From: Squalus acanthias
Lineage: Eukaryota
Length of the DNA stretch: 64,000 bases
Assembly: GCA_030390025.1 (NCBI GenBank)
Contig: CM059438.1
Span: forward strand, 70,372,001-70,436,000
Direction: 5' to 3'
The position numbers and the translations under genes are program-made. Below the pieces are notes generated by a model. It was not told the DNA's origin and searched no databases. It saw nothing but the letters and a program-made list of their open reading frames with translations. Below are positions 12,426 to 26,075 of the stretch, piece after piece (position 1 is the stretch's first letter; each line of letters begins with the position of its first letter).

Positions 12426-14984
12426 TAAGTCTCGGGTATATTGAGGCAAAACTCACTTTTCATAGAGTTGTATAATACCTTGTCTTGTCATGTGATGCAG
12501 AGCCGAATGGTAAAATTCGGCAGTCATGATGATAACGGGATGTCTGAATTTGACAAAACTACTAGGAAAAAACACAGAAACTATAAAAAAACTAAGAGCT
12601 GGAGGTCAGATGCATGCTGTCTCAGTTTGCCATGTCACCCAAAGTTCATGAATATACTACAGCCTTCTCACACGCTCCTTCCTATCAATTATTCTCCAAA
12701 ACATTCTAGTTATTTACAGCTGCAATTTTCTGAAGGTTTGATTCCTGCATTCACGTAGTTTTGACTATCTGTTATTATCCTCCAGAAAGGAAAGGTCTTT
12801 TGTTGGCTTGAGACTTAATTCTTCCTTGCTTCACCATTCATGCACAAGCTAGCCAATGCAGGACCTTTCTGTATATAAGGGCAGTGAAGCTGCTGTCAGT
12901 TCAACTTCGAAGGCATAACCATTAGCGAACTGTTTGTAGTCACACAATGGATTTGTATATTCATGGGAAAATTAAAATTGCACCATGGATTCTACCTCCA
13001 AGCGCTGCATGCAGGCCAAGATTATTCACTAGGAAGCGTCATCCTGCGGAAAGTGCAAAGATATTTTTACTGTGAGTGCAAGCACTCATGCAGGTGCATA
13101 TCTCTGTGTTGTCATCGGTAAGATTTGTGTTGCCGGGTTAAGGGTGAAATACATAATTCAAAATCAGACATTTGCAGAATGTTTACAAGGGCAGCGTGCC
13201 TACTTTCAGCAATTTCTGGCTTGCAGAACAAACCATCAGCTGATCGCGAGCTCTCTCTGCATTGGTGCATCTTTCTGAGGACACCACTGTTTAGCAGTTT
13301 GAATGGGTTGCACTGTCCAAAAATCTTGAATTATTATTGATAACGAAGTTTGAAGCTATAATTAAACGGCCCATTCTCCACCCCTCCCTGTTATTAAAAC
13401 AGGGACATCTGAATTTAGGGAGCCCACCTGTATTTTCTTTCCTTGTCTACCACTTTGCTTCAAATTATTTATAAACGTGTACAAAATTTGTTGCAGAAGT
13501 TGCAACGGGAAACGCAGGCTTTTTGTTGCTCACTGGACCGCAGCTACATTGAAAATGCAACTTCACTTTCTGATGGATGCTATTGTTGCTGTTACTCCTG
13601 GTTACAGCACACATATGTTGATTTAATGCAACAATTTGTTTCTGCAAGAACTGTATATGTGCCCTCTACCTTCAACTCTTCCCTGGGATTAACTCTTGTT
13701 CCAAAGACTGCGCTTTGGTAAATGGAAGACCCAACAAATTAATTCAATTCTTTAGGGGGACGTATATTTTCTACTGTTGGCTAATTGCAGAGAAAAGATG
13801 AAGGAAGAGGATGGAACTTGCATTCATATTGCACTTTTTACATCCTCAGGATGTCCCAAAGCACTTTACAATCAATGGATTATTGTAGGTAGACACAAGA
13901 ATCTAACATGCTTTTCCCACTTTATATTCTCAGCCACTTTTTCACTGAATTTAGAAAGACAGAAAATCTGCCCCTTCCATCTTGTAATAATCATATTACA
14001 GTATCTAATTTAACGAGGTTCATATATATTAAAGCAGAGTTTCAGTGCGAGTGCTTGTGTGGTTGAAGGTAACACATCTGTTACTGATGGGGAATGGCAA
14101 TATTTTACTAAGCAAATCTTTGTCAGGTGACCCAGTGCTTCCAAGTCATGATCAGATTTCTCCTGTACACTCCACAGTGTTTCCTTTTCTTTTACTTGAA
14201 AGCTCGCAATCATTTCCCTCTCTCTTTTCCTTTATGCACCCATAAGTGAAAACACACAAAGGAAAGTAAGGAAACAATTATATTACTATGATATTTTGTT
14301 AGGGATCAAAGAAATACAGCTTCTTATGTGATATTAGTAATGTACACTTGACTTGTATGAAATTCCTGTCTGCTATTTTAACAAAGGCATTAATCCATTT
14401 AATATAAATTGGTTAATGCCTGCACTAAAAGAATGGACAACAGAATTTTGTTCAAATATATTAACATTTCAATTGTTAATATTTCAACTCATTAGCTTGT
14501 AATGTCACTTGATGATCTCCCTCAACTTATGGGACCATTTAGATTCTGAATGTGAAACAGCCTTTTTGCAATTGATTAGAAATACCGTGGAGTCTCAAAA
14601 CCTGATTGGCTCAACACTTTTGCTGTTGTTCTTCCAACATGGAAATCTTTGCCCCTAAATACAGGAATCGCTGCAGAGATAAAAGCATTGCAAGTTACAA
14701 CAAGTGGACACAAGAGACTTTATTATGGCACGGGTCATTCCAAAGAGCAGTCATAGAATCATGAATATTGTGCAAAGCGAAAGAGAATATACAGTCCCAC
14801 CCATTATGACAACATGATGGAGACCATTCAAATCTTATCAACACAAAGAAAGAAAAGGAAGAACTTGCATTTATTTATATAGCGCCTTTCATGACCTCAG
14901 GATGTCACAAAGTGCTTTACAGTAACTGGAGTACTTTTGAAGTGTAGGACATTTTGTCTAGACGGTTTCATACGTGACTTGTTA

Positions 14985-16180
14985 GAAACATAGAAAAATA
15001 GGAGCAGGAGTAGGCCATTTGGCCCTTCGAGCTTGCTCCGCCATTCAGTATGATCATGGCTGATCCTCTATCTCAATACCATATTCCCGCTCTCTCCCCA
15101 TACCCCTTGACACCTTTTGGGGTAAAAATTCAGTTGGTTGCGCCTCCCGTTAGCGCCTTAAGAGGGCGCTAATGGGGCGCAAAGCCGCTAACGCCCGGGC
15201 GCAGCGATGTTTGCGCCGCTCGGGAACTTAACTAGACATTGTGCGGCGGCGCTAAACTTTACCGCTGCGACCACCTGTGCGCGCAGATTGTGACGTCATT
15301 CCATGGTGCAACGCCCTTGTGGCGCCCCGGAGCGGAAATTGAGTGGCGCCCCCTGCCTTACCGCCTGGCGCATCCAACGACCAGAAGACTGGAACGCTAT
15401 CAATCGCTGTGGGGCTGGGGGGGGCGCTATTTAAAGGGGGCCTCTTCCTGTCTTTTATTGTTGGTGGCATTTTTGAACTACGCATTCTGAGAGAGAGAGG
15501 GAGAGACTTCTGGAGAGATTCAACGTTGTGTGAAGGAGTTTTGGGTACTGAGCAGCACTTTGCAGGTTCATTTTGATTTGCCATTCCTTGTATCGATTTA
15601 GCAGAGACTGTGGGAGCTGCACTCTGAGCTCTTTGCCTGGTACTCTCCATTGTTCTTTCCAGCACATTTGATGTGCAAGTCTCTCCAGGCCGAGATTCAA
15701 GGCTGCAATGAACAGGATGTGGATGGAAAGCAAGATTAACCATCCCCTTTAAGAACTGGCCCGTGCCATTGTGTGTGTGTTCCATTGCTGACTGACATTA
15801 CATGAGCTTCGCCAGCGCTCTGAGTTAGCGCCTCACTCCTTGGCCTTTGCGCCTTAAGACAGGTGTGCAGCGCCTGATTTAGCGCTCCACTCACCTCCCG
15901 GGGTGGTAAAAGTGAAGTTTCCAGTCAGTGCCGATAATTAGCGCCAGGCGCTAATATTTGCGTCCAGACGATATTTGCGCCCCAAATGGGGCGCGACCTA
16001 ATTTTTCCCCCTTTGTGTCTAGAAATCTATCTATCCTTCTTAAATATATTCAGTGGCTTGGCCTCCACAGCCTTCTGTGGTAGAGAATTCCACAGGTTCA
16101 CCACCCTCTGAGTGAAGAAATGTCTCCTCATCTCAGTCCTAAATGTCCTACCCCGTATCCTGAGACTGTGACCCCTGGTT
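14985..16180 (-). mobile_element. CR1 3' end, interrupted by MITE 15119-16011
   Basis: agaaacatagaaaaataggagcaggagtaggccat tail; the sequence resumes after the MITE (gtgtctagaaatctatc...gaattccacaggttcaccaccctctg). Confidence 0.8.
15119..16011. mobile_element. GC-rich Harbinger MITE/deletion derivative
   Basis: Ends ggggtaaaaatt / aatttttccccc with ttt on both flanks; subterminal gcgcctcccgttagcgcc is shared with the Harbinger end at 31488. Confidence 0.8.
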
Positions 16181-16182
16181 CT

Positions 16183-16666
16183 TTTCGGATTAGTGCTTGT
16201 AGCTTATCCAAATACTTAGCTGCGTTTCCCATTTCTTTCGATGGCTCCGATTGAGCAAATCTGCAATCCTTCACACTTGACTGTCCCACGATGCAGTAAG
16301 TTTTCTCTGGGGTGCACTTAAAGAACAAGGCTGTTTCGTCCAGGTTATAAACATGGTCTGAACTGGAATCCCACAGAATTTCCTGGAGACAAGTCTTCCA
16401 CAGTTCAAGGCGAGACAAGTTGGCAATTTAACTCTCACCGCAACGTGATGATAAGGGCCTGTTAACATAAGTGGTAATAAAAGAAGGCCTTTAATACCGT
16501 GAGGGACTTAACCAATTTGTCAACTTAAGCATGCAGTTTATGCTGATGTTGATATACACGGTAAGTATTCGGTAATAATGTGCAGAGAAAGGATTGGGAC
16601 TTCACTTGTTTGTCAATGTAAGTGGAATATCGACATAAATGAGTTCAACATAAGTAGATCGGACTG
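16183..16666 (-). mobile_element. Tigger/pogo transposon remnant
   Basis: Minus-strand VYNLDETALFFKCTPEKT matches the pogo DDE_1 motif (xNxDETGLF); terminus TA-cagtc at 16668-16662. Confidence 0.75.
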
Positions 16667-16999
16667 TACTTTTCTTCCTCTTTTACAATTTTATCTGCCC
16701 TTAGAAATGTTGATCATTTCTGTGTCTAGGTAGCTTTATAGTCTGTATAGTACTGTCTGGTTCCACATTCTGTGCTGTGAAATTATTTGAGTTCAGTGCA
16801 TACATTTCTGAAGGAAGTTGTATTTAAAAAAAAAAGCTAGAAATTACTGTTGCCAATAATAGTGGCTGAATAATGAATGTGTTTGTCGGACATTTCTCTG
16901 TCTGCTGTTTCAACTAAGGCAGGAGAAGTTTCTAGGTTAAAATCTGCAGAAAGAAATGAAACCACATGGAGCAGGAGTCCTGTAAATAGAATTCATTTT

Positions 17000-18400
17000 T
17001 GAGTTCTGGGAAAATCACACTCACATCAATAAATTTCAGAGTTGTGCATGTTCTTAATTAATATCCCAAGTTTGTCCCAACACAGCCACCACTAGCGTGT
17101 TTAACGCTGGTGCTCTAAAGCTCAAAACTCTCTCTGCAGACGCAACTCAAGTTTGAAAGGATAAAATCTGTAGTTGTATTGCTGGGAGTTTTTTTATAGA
17201 GTTCAAGTAGACATCGTATGAAAATGTCAAATACTTATATACTCGTAACAACACTGGGAATGCTATATATTATTACATATTTGGACTTGTTTGTTTCACC
17301 TCAAGATCCATTACTTCTACAAAAATAGGTTTAATGATTGCATGTCGTTGGACAGTCTCCTTGGGTGAGTGGTGTCAGCAGAAAATCATGAGTCAAATCT
17401 CTGCAAATAAAATCCTGCTCTTCAATGAATGCTGACTGTAGTTTTTTGCACCATAGGGAAACTGTAGTCATTGATTTTGGTTTCTCTATATAAAACCATT
17501 AAAATATTTTGAACAAGCCAAGTCAGTTTTGATCTCGGCCTATGTCTTTTTGAATTTATCGATTTAAGAACCACTTCAAACTGGACGTCCAATGCTCAAT
17601 TTCCTGCTCCAAAGAAGTGACACTTTTGACTTTATTTTGATTGCTTAACAAATATGGCTACTAACTTAACCAAAGTTAACATTTTACCTAAGTTCAAGAG
17701 GTGTGCATTTGATCTTTTACAAATTGACATTAACCTGAATTTATGCTTCAATCTGACAGTGAAAAAAGCTGTGCTTAGAAAGCTAAAGAAGAAACTCTTG
17801 GCATGTTTTTTTCTCCCCCCAGTGTTGAGAATCTCTCGGCAAAGTGAAAATGAGTCCACATTAGACATACTTGTCCAACGTGTCCATCAGCCCTGCTCTG
17901 GGTGGCTGTAGAAACAATGGGTTGATATCAGTTACAATGGAGCCTTTGATGTTATACCCTTACGGGCACGAAATATGTTGTAATATATTAAGTAGATTGA
18001 GAATGAAAAGAATAGTAAGAAAGATAAAGGGGTGGCCCAGAAGCTGAAGCAGTCAATCACTTGACTTCCAATGAGAAGGTCATGAGTTCAAGTACCATAG
18101 CTGCCTGTTATTTGAGCTTGCTTGCCTTAGCTGACTGGGTAAGTTCCAGCAACTCTGAACCAGGGGCCTGTTTCTGGAGAATTTCTCGAGGTTGTAGAAA
18201 GTGCATGTGCTAGTTGTACATCAAATTCTTTGCGCATAATTCATGTGTCCATGAAGCAGATTTGGATTTCGGCTTCAGCAGTTGCAACTTGGCTTTGTGT
18301 CAACCGAAACACATCAGAACTATTTCCGTGAACATGTTGCTGAGGACATGGTTTCCATGGAATTAATTTGTTGTTTGTTAGTGTTTCTCTTGTTCAGATA
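17000..18400 (-). pseudogene. Heavily decayed hAT-type transposase fossil
   Basis: Minus-strand motifs in hAT order across frameshifts: SELLELTQSA, IYLIYYNIFRAR, WTRWTS (about 17880), VASAERVLS (about 17140). Confidence 0.45.
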
Positions 18401-18867
18401 TTTATCAACGTTGGCCAATAAATCACAGAATAATGATTAGTTTGGGAATTGCCCAAGATGAAGGTATGTACCTCAATCCTGAAATTGTAACAACTTGTAA
18501 GTGGCACAAATGAAAATCTTAAGAGTTTACTGATGAGTTTTCAGAATCAAAACCAGTTACTTAACAAATAAGCCAACTTCTGTCATTGTATAATTTTATT
18601 TGCAACAATTAATCATTATGATCAAAAAAAATGAGATGACTAGAAAATTAATTACTTCACGTCACTGAGTTTTTTTTAAGTAGAATCTCAAGTCAATTTC
18701 TGACATTTGTCAAGTGATTTCCATTTGCCAGAACTGATAGTCAGAGAAATGGAGACCGCCAGGATATGGGCTTTAGATAGCTGAAGTCCTGAGCATTCAG
18801 CTGCACCACACATAGGAGGTACAATGTGTACCATCTAACCTTAAAGGAACAACATTGAATTTGCTAC

Positions 18868-19215
18868 AACAACACAAAAAGAAAATACTGCAGATGCTGG
18901 AAATCTGAAATAAAAACAGAAAATGCTGGAGATACTCAGCAGGTCAGGCAGCATCTGTGAAGAGAGAAACAGAGTTAACGTTTCAGGTCGATGACCTATC
19001 GTCAGAACTGGAAAAAAGCAGGAAATGGAACAGATTTTTAAGCAAATGTAGAGGCTGGGAAAGGGGGGAGGGGATAAAAGAACAAAAGGGAAGGTCTGTG
19101 ATAGGATAGAAGGCAGAAGAGATTAAGAGACATTAAGAGATATTCAAGGCAAAAGGAGATGGTAATGGGACAGGTTAAGAAACAAAGGATGGCTCTAGAT
19201 GAAGTGTAAATTGTG
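18868..19215 (-). mobile_element. Penelope-like element end, second family
   Basis: aaatactgcagatgctggaaatctg...cagcaggtcaggcagcatctgtg...gttaacgtttcaggtcgatgacctatcgtcag; related pieces at 25311-25390 and 26085-26145. Confidence 0.7.
18973..19009 (-). ncRNA. Minimal type-I hammerhead ribozyme motif (PLE-associated)
   Basis: Minus strand reads aguu-CUGACGA-U-AGGUC(auc)GACCU-GAAA-cg-UU-aacu. Confidence 0.65.
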
Positions 19216-21834
19216 GAATTTGCTAACCTTGGCCCCAGGCCATGGATGCAGTGCACTCTAACTACAGAACAATGCATTCCAAGTGTAAGGGTAAACTGGC
19301 ATTACCCTATTATCCTCTTTGACTGAAATCTTCTACCAGGCAAGTGGAGTTGACAGTTGCTGCAGACCCAACCCCTCCCAGCTAGTGGCAAATAATCTGT
19401 CCAATCTACTGTTCTTAGGTAGGATGTTTATGCAAAATTATCATACATCCATATTTCTTAATGCAGTTAAAACTGACAAATAAATCACTGCCAGCATTGC
19501 AATTTGGATGTCGGAAAATCCTAGTTGTGCGTAACTCTATACGCAGTTAATATTTGTAGCCTTTAGTATCAATGTTAACATATGTTTGCATCCTGGTAGC
19601 GTTAACCAACCGTTGATAAATTATTTTACATATTAGCAACCAGATACAATGATGGACATCTCTGTTTGCAAATCCAGTAAAATTATGTGTTTCATTTTCC
19701 TTTAAATCTTTCATAATTGAATTGCGTTGCAGCACAGATCAAAGTACAGTATGTCGAAGAAGGATTAATTTATAATGATTCTGAGGCTGAGGTGGATAAT
19801 ATGAGTAATCAGATACGTAGACCACAGCGGACAGTGGCGAATTGACAACTGAGTTCATTTGCTATTGTTAGCTGTCAGTCTGCCCTGATAGGGGTGCTGC
19901 ATTATTTAGATTGCCACCAGTGAATCGGCATCTTCCTTAACGGATTGCAGCAACATTTCCACCATCGATGTATTAGCCATTCCTCAAGAAAGCAACCCAG
20001 TTGGAGAATTTACAGAGACCCCCAAAGACTTAACATACATTAGCAAATTCTAGCTCACCTGGGAGTAAATCCTGAGAGTTTTATAAAAAAATATAGATTA
20101 ATTTGTTATTTTTCCAGAGGCTTAGGCATGTAACAACAAAATATCTTCACTCGAAAGGACAGATTCCTAATATTTTAGGGTCATTTTAAGGGGAAAATGG
20201 AAATGATTTGGAGTGTTCTCAAACATTTCTCTGCTCTGTTCTAACATGCTTACAATCTGTTTTATTCATTCAATTTTCATCTCAGATGGATTAAGTATTC
20301 ACATAAATGAAGTTTTACAGCCCCCGAGTGATTGTTATGTTTCCACTGCAGTGGATAGTAAATGCTTTAATGTTTGATAGTTTTTGAAGTGCCGCATGCT
20401 TCAAACCAAAGAAAGAATGATGTCATTGCAACTGACTATGTTAAAAGAATAAAAGTATATAATAGGCTTTTTATTAACACAACTCCACAGTTCTTTCTCC
20501 TTTAAGGATTTATCGTTTACAGTGGACTTTCTTCGGACAATGTGAACATTTCTGACTTTTATTTCATACAGTGTTTGTGAAAATAGTGAGTGTTAAAATG
20601 AAAGCTCAATAGGTTTCAAGATAAGAGGATGGGGAAACTAGTTGTCTGAAGGAGCCAGGCCAGGCTGATTGATCTGGAAAATAATCAGTAGACAGGGGCT
20701 TTGTCCTTGGTGCAAATTGAATATGTATATTGTCATAGGCTTAGCAAGAATTTGGGAGTCAGTTGATGGGTGACAAATTAAGCATCCCATATAAATGTCC
20801 TTAGGCGTTGTGTGTGAGCATGTGTGTTGGACAACATTAACTTGGGAGGTATTTGGACTGAATAAGAACCGTGGGATTCTTCTACAGTCTCTATTTCTGC
20901 CAAGAGATATGAATGCTGTGGACAAACTGAAATTTGTGTTATCCAAATACAATATTGTATCCGGAAGATGTACCAAGAGACAAACTTAACTCTTTTATCC
21001 AAAAGTCCTGTTAGTTACCATACTCTGTGAGAAATCCATTCTAAAATGTGTATATATATAAACCTGTTGTTGACTGATAATTGCTATATTGTTTTTGTTG
21101 TACTGTTACAGCATCTTTGTGTCTTACTGCTTTATATTATTCAACCTGTAAATAAGTCTGACCAAGTAGGTTAGCCTGTGCACATTAGTTGGACAGCATG
21201 TCATTCCCACCTGTCAGAAAGATCAAGACACTGTTGTCGACAGCCTATGTATCCTCCAGTGACAAATGTACAGTGACTAAAGGTTAACTTTTAAACCCGA
21301 GCATGCTAAGCCACACAAGACACATGTTGGGAAAGAGCCCAAACTATAACACCTCCAATTATTTGTGCTCCAATTATCATTGTCCCAGTTATCTACCAGG
21401 ATTTTCACAAAACAAAACCTTGCACAAGATGTCAGAATTACCTGATGTTTATTTTGCTATTTGTATTGCTCTTCATTCCTATGCCTGTGGTGATGTTTTA
21501 CCATACATGTAAGATCAAGATTTGGGGCCTCTGGAATAGCTGGCAGTTTTCATTATCTACCAGGCGCCACACAAAGGGAAGTAGAAACCTGGCCCTCTCC
21601 CCGCCGCCCCCCGCCCCCCCCCCCCCCCCCCAAAAGGTGGGTAATTTTCAAGACTAAGATCAATAGTTTTTTCTTCGATAAGAGTATCAATGGGATATGG
21701 AACAAGGGCAGATACAGCAATTTTGAGGTACAGATCAGCCATGGCTGAACAGGCTTGAAGGACAGAATGGCCTGCTCCTGTTCCTATATTCCTATGTCCC
21801 AGTAATGTGGCTCCACTGTAGTGTAACTTAATGT

Positions 21835-22552
21835 ACTGTCAGCTTGGTTCAATGGCAGCACTCTTACCTCAAGCCCCACTCCAAGACATGAGCATTGAGG
21901 GAGTGCTGCATTGTCTGCAGTACTGTTTTTCAGATGGGGTCAGGGGGGCCTACCTGCGGCTGGGGCGGTGCTATTTAAAGGCGAGGTGCCGGGCGGCCAT
22001 TTTTGTTGCTGGCCACCTGCCAGCACCTGCCTCCGCTGTCATCCCAGCCTCCTGACCCCCCCCCCCCCTCCCCCCCCCCCCCCCCCGCAGAGTGCCGGCT
22101 GCGCTCCATGAGCCCGGCATTTCTCTTGAGTACCGCATCTTTTGCCGGCACTCCGATCCCCGGTGGCCCAGCTGGGCCCCGGGTCGCGCTGCGCAAGGCC
22201 ACTCCCCTTTAAGAACGGGAGGAAGGCCTGCAATACCGCGGCACGCAGCGCCACGATATTCCCTCTTGGGGCGCTACCGCTCAATTTCGGCCGCGGGGAC
22301 ACTAGCGCCCCGGCGAAGTTAGCGCCCCAAACAGGGCACGATTCAATTTTAACCCCCTAGTGTCTTGGCCAAGATTTATCCCTCAACCAATACCATCAAA
22401 AAACAGGTGAACTGATTGTTTAAGTCATTGCTATTTGTGGGACCTTGTTGTATGCAGATTGGCAATCGTGTTTACCCACATAACTACAGTGACAGCACAA
22501 CAAAATTAATTCATTGGCTATTGAGCTCTGTGGGACATCCTGAGGATGTGAA
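21835..22552 (+). mobile_element. Deu-domain SINE split by a truncated GC-rich Harbinger MITE (about 21942-22357)
   Basis: SINE 5' part (gagggagtgctgcattgtc) and 3' part (gtgtcttggccaagatttatccctcaacc) flank sequence homologous in reverse to 41447-41900, ending caattttaaccccc. Confidence 0.7.
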
Positions 22553-23732
22553 CGTTCTCTCTTTAGTCATCCACACAAAGCAAGACTCCCAGTTGGAGAT
22601 GTCATGTTACCACCAACTCTTCCCTCATAGGTGCTGGGCTATGAACATTTTTGCACCCAGTCAAACAGTTGCAGCTGATTTCCTGCATCCCCTGCTATTC
22701 GGTCTGTTTTGTATTATGGTCAGTTCTGGCCATTGAAAAGAGATTTTGGCTACTACAGCTGTCAAGCGTTTTCAAAACTGTTTTCTGCTCTTAGCAATCA
22801 GGTCGCATTCATGATTTTCAGAATTTAGCCTGTTGATTTTTTTTTTAACTGTTAACGTGAATCTGAATGCTTTAAAATAGCTTTGATGTGTAGTACACAT
22901 TCCAATGTAGCTGAATTGTTTCGGGAAAGACCTGGCTGTACATTTTTAAAATACTATTTCACTTTCTTTCAAGAATTCCCCATCAACCTCAATGAATATT
23001 TTTGCAGCTTAACACGGTCTAAATCTGGCATTCCTCTCTGCCGTCTCCTGGGGACAGTCTTGAAAAAGACATTGTTGTCACAATCATTTTAGCCATTTAT
23101 CTTGGTGATGGATCTTGTCTCAAAAAGAGTTCCTGATTAAACTGTAGGATGAAACAGATTAACTGGAAACCCAAAACGCCGAGGTTTTGCAGGAAAAGCA
23201 TTTTTCAGAGTGACTTTAAAGATCAAACTTGGATGAGTGGAAGAAAATAGATTAGTTGCTGGATGCGGTGTAACTGATAGGGCCATGATGTGACTGACTA
23301 CATACCTGCACTTGCTTGCTAGTTAGGTCAGTTTTTAGCTTGCTGTTTGTAATTTAAATCACAAAAGCTTAATTTTTATAGTCAAGAGTTTTGGATCAAA
23401 ATTGTCAACATGTTTTAGAAGCCATTTGCAAGGGGCAAAAAAAGTCCAAAATAAAATTCTTCCTTGGCAGAGACTGTTACTTGAACTTAGACTAGGAATC
23501 ACATCCATCTTTCGTACGTATGAGGGACTGAGTGGTGGAATTACGAAGAAACACAATGAGACACGGGGGAGGAAAGATGAGAATGGAAAGGTGGAGGGAG
23601 AAACAAAATAACATTTGTTGCAAGCTGGTGAACTGCTTTGTTTTTCAGTTCAGTCAAAGCAGAAAAGCAACTCAACCTTGTTGACAAGTTGATTATTCCA
23701 GTTCTGCTTGTGCTCATTTGCAAAAGATCTGT

Positions 23733-24430
23733 GGGGGGGGAAATTTGTTTTAGCCAGTAACGTTGCCGGTAACAGCCGCTTAAAATGGCCACAATGCTAA
23801 CGGAGCAAAATTCATCTGGGGGGGATGGAGATTGTTGGTGCAGCGCTTACCTGCCGTTCAACGCCATCCTGGTGGCGTTACTGGAGGCCTCCGACCCACA
23901 GTTTGTGTGTAGGTACGGCATTAGAGCTTCGCAGAGCCTCTGGAAACGAGGCTGTGGAGCTCGCAAGGATTTGTGGGCAATGAACAGGTCTGAGAATTAA
24001 AGGGGCCATGCACACTGAAGCAATACAAATTAAAATGAAGTGAAACAATACTGTTTTCAGCCCCTTCTGCCTTGTAAAAAAAAATATTTAACGTTAAAAA
24101 GAAGTCCCAAATGTGAATATTCAGCTTTTAAAGCTGAATTCCCTTCCTAACCTCAGAAAATGGGAAAAATGCCTCAGCACTAACACAAATGGTGCAGCAA
24201 GCCAGGGAAGGGGCACCCAGGGTCTCGCACGCAGCTCTCCAGCTTTGTGCAGGGGCCAACACTGCAAGAGAGGTCCTCTACCCACAGGGGCCAGGAGGCC
24301 CTCCAGAAAGAACGATGTGGGAGTACATCACCAAGGTCATCACTGCCAGCAGTGTCGCCCCCACCACCTGGCTGCAGTACCCAAAGAAGCTTCATGACTT
24401 CAGGCCACTGGTCAAGGTCAGTGAATGCAT
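23733..24430 (+). mobile_element. Harbinger derivative with Myb/SANT-like remnant (right boundary unclear)
   Basis: gggggggaaatt end; peptide REVLYPQ...MWEYITKVITASSVAPTTWLQYPKKLHDF followed by a donor-like aag|gtcagt. Confidence 0.6.
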
Positions 24431-25391
24431 CTTCAAAAGCCATCTGCTACCAGCTGCACCACTAGCCTCACACACTGCTCAATGCACGATCCCCACCCCC
24501 AATCACTTACCTACCGACAAGCTGCACCAATCACGAGGCATATCTCCCATTCCTAGCCCCACCTCACCCCCTTGGAGGAGACGGTGCAGGCCATTCTTGG
24601 CAGGGGCATGGCTGAGCCCTTGGCCAGCAGCAGAGCTGAAAGGATAAAGGATGCTGGTATCCTCATATATTATCCTCCTTCTGGCATGCACCTCATGCTT
24701 CCCCACCCTTCCATCACCACAATTCCTTGTGCCTTCTCATTTCACCCACCCAGGAAATGCAGCCTGCCCAGCCAGTGGGGTGAGCAAGAAGAGGGAGAGG
24801 AGAGTGAAGAAGAACAGGAAGAAGAAGATTGATTTGACACTCCCAGCCACCAGCTTCTCAAGGTCAACCAGTAAGGATATTTGCAGTGTCCCCCACTGAA
24901 AGTCAGCAGCCTTCCACCAGCCATGCTGCAGCCACTGGGGTAGCACTGTGTGACATCACTAGGATAGGCAAAGACACACACAAGACACTCACTAAGAAAA
25001 TGCACACAGGTGATGAGTTGATTTCTTGATGTCACATTGGATTGGAAAGTTTGCTTTGTGGTGGCTTTTATTTCAGCATCATGGCCAAGAGGACGTTGTG
25101 ATGGTCAGTAACAGATGGAAGGTAAGGTGTGGGACTAATGTTGAAAGGGGAATTGGTGTTGTGGTCACTGGGACCGGAGGCGGATGATTCCATCCCGGAT
25201 ATCCCGGCCACAAAGGGGTTATCTGGGATACATCCTTCCATCTGATTCCTCCTCTTCAGCTTCTTCCTCTTCTGCTTCCTCCTCTTCTGTGTCTTCTTCT
25301 TCCCTCTGTAAGCGGATGCTGTAAATCTGAAATGACAGCATAAAATGCTGGAAATACTCAGCTGGTCAGGCAGCATCTTGACCTGAGATGT

Positions 25392-26075
25392 AGAATCATA
25401 GAATGGTTACAGCACAGAAGGAGGCCATTTGTCCTGTCGAGCCCGTGCCGGCTCTCTGCAAGAGTACTTCAGCTAGTCCCACTCCCCCGCCCTTTCCCTG
25501 TAGCCCTGCAATTTTTTTTTCCTTCAGGTACTGATCCAATTCCCTTTTTGAAAGCCACAATTGAATTTGCCTCCACCACCCTTTCAGGCCGTGCATTCCA
25601 ATTCCTAACCACTTGCTGCATAAAAAAGTTTTTGCTCATGTCGCCTTTGGTTCTTCTGCCAATCACCTTAAATCTGTGTCCTCTGGTTCTCGACCCTTCC
25701 GCTAATGGGAATAGTTTCTCTCTATCTACTCTGTCTAGACCTCTCATGATTTTTTGTAATTTGTTCATGGGATGTGGGCATTGCTGGCAAGGCCAGCATT
25801 TATTGCCCATCCCTAGTTGCCCTTGATAAGATTTTGAACACCTTGAGAGAACAACTCTATCAAATCTCCTCTCAACTGTCTCTGCTCTAAGGAGAACAAA
25901 CCCAGCTTCTCCAGTCTATCCACGTAACTGAAGTCCCTCATCCCTGGAACCATTCTTGTAAATCTTTTCTGCACCCTCTCTAAGGCCTTCAGATCCTTCC
26001 TAAAGTGCGGTGCCCAGAATTGGACACAATACTCCAGTTGAGGCCGAACCAGTATTTTATAAAGGTTCATCATAA
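25392..26075 (-). mobile_element. CR1 3' fragment carrying a short inserted tail of the other LINE family (about 25756-25830)
   Basis: LYKILVRPQLEYCVQFWAPHFRKDLKALERVQKRFTRM and SRTRGHRFKV; tail attctatgattct. Confidence 0.9.

Noticed and set aside
21598..22087. Poly-Pro/poly-Gly ORFs
   Set aside because: Artefacts of C homopolymer runs and GC-rich MITE sequence.
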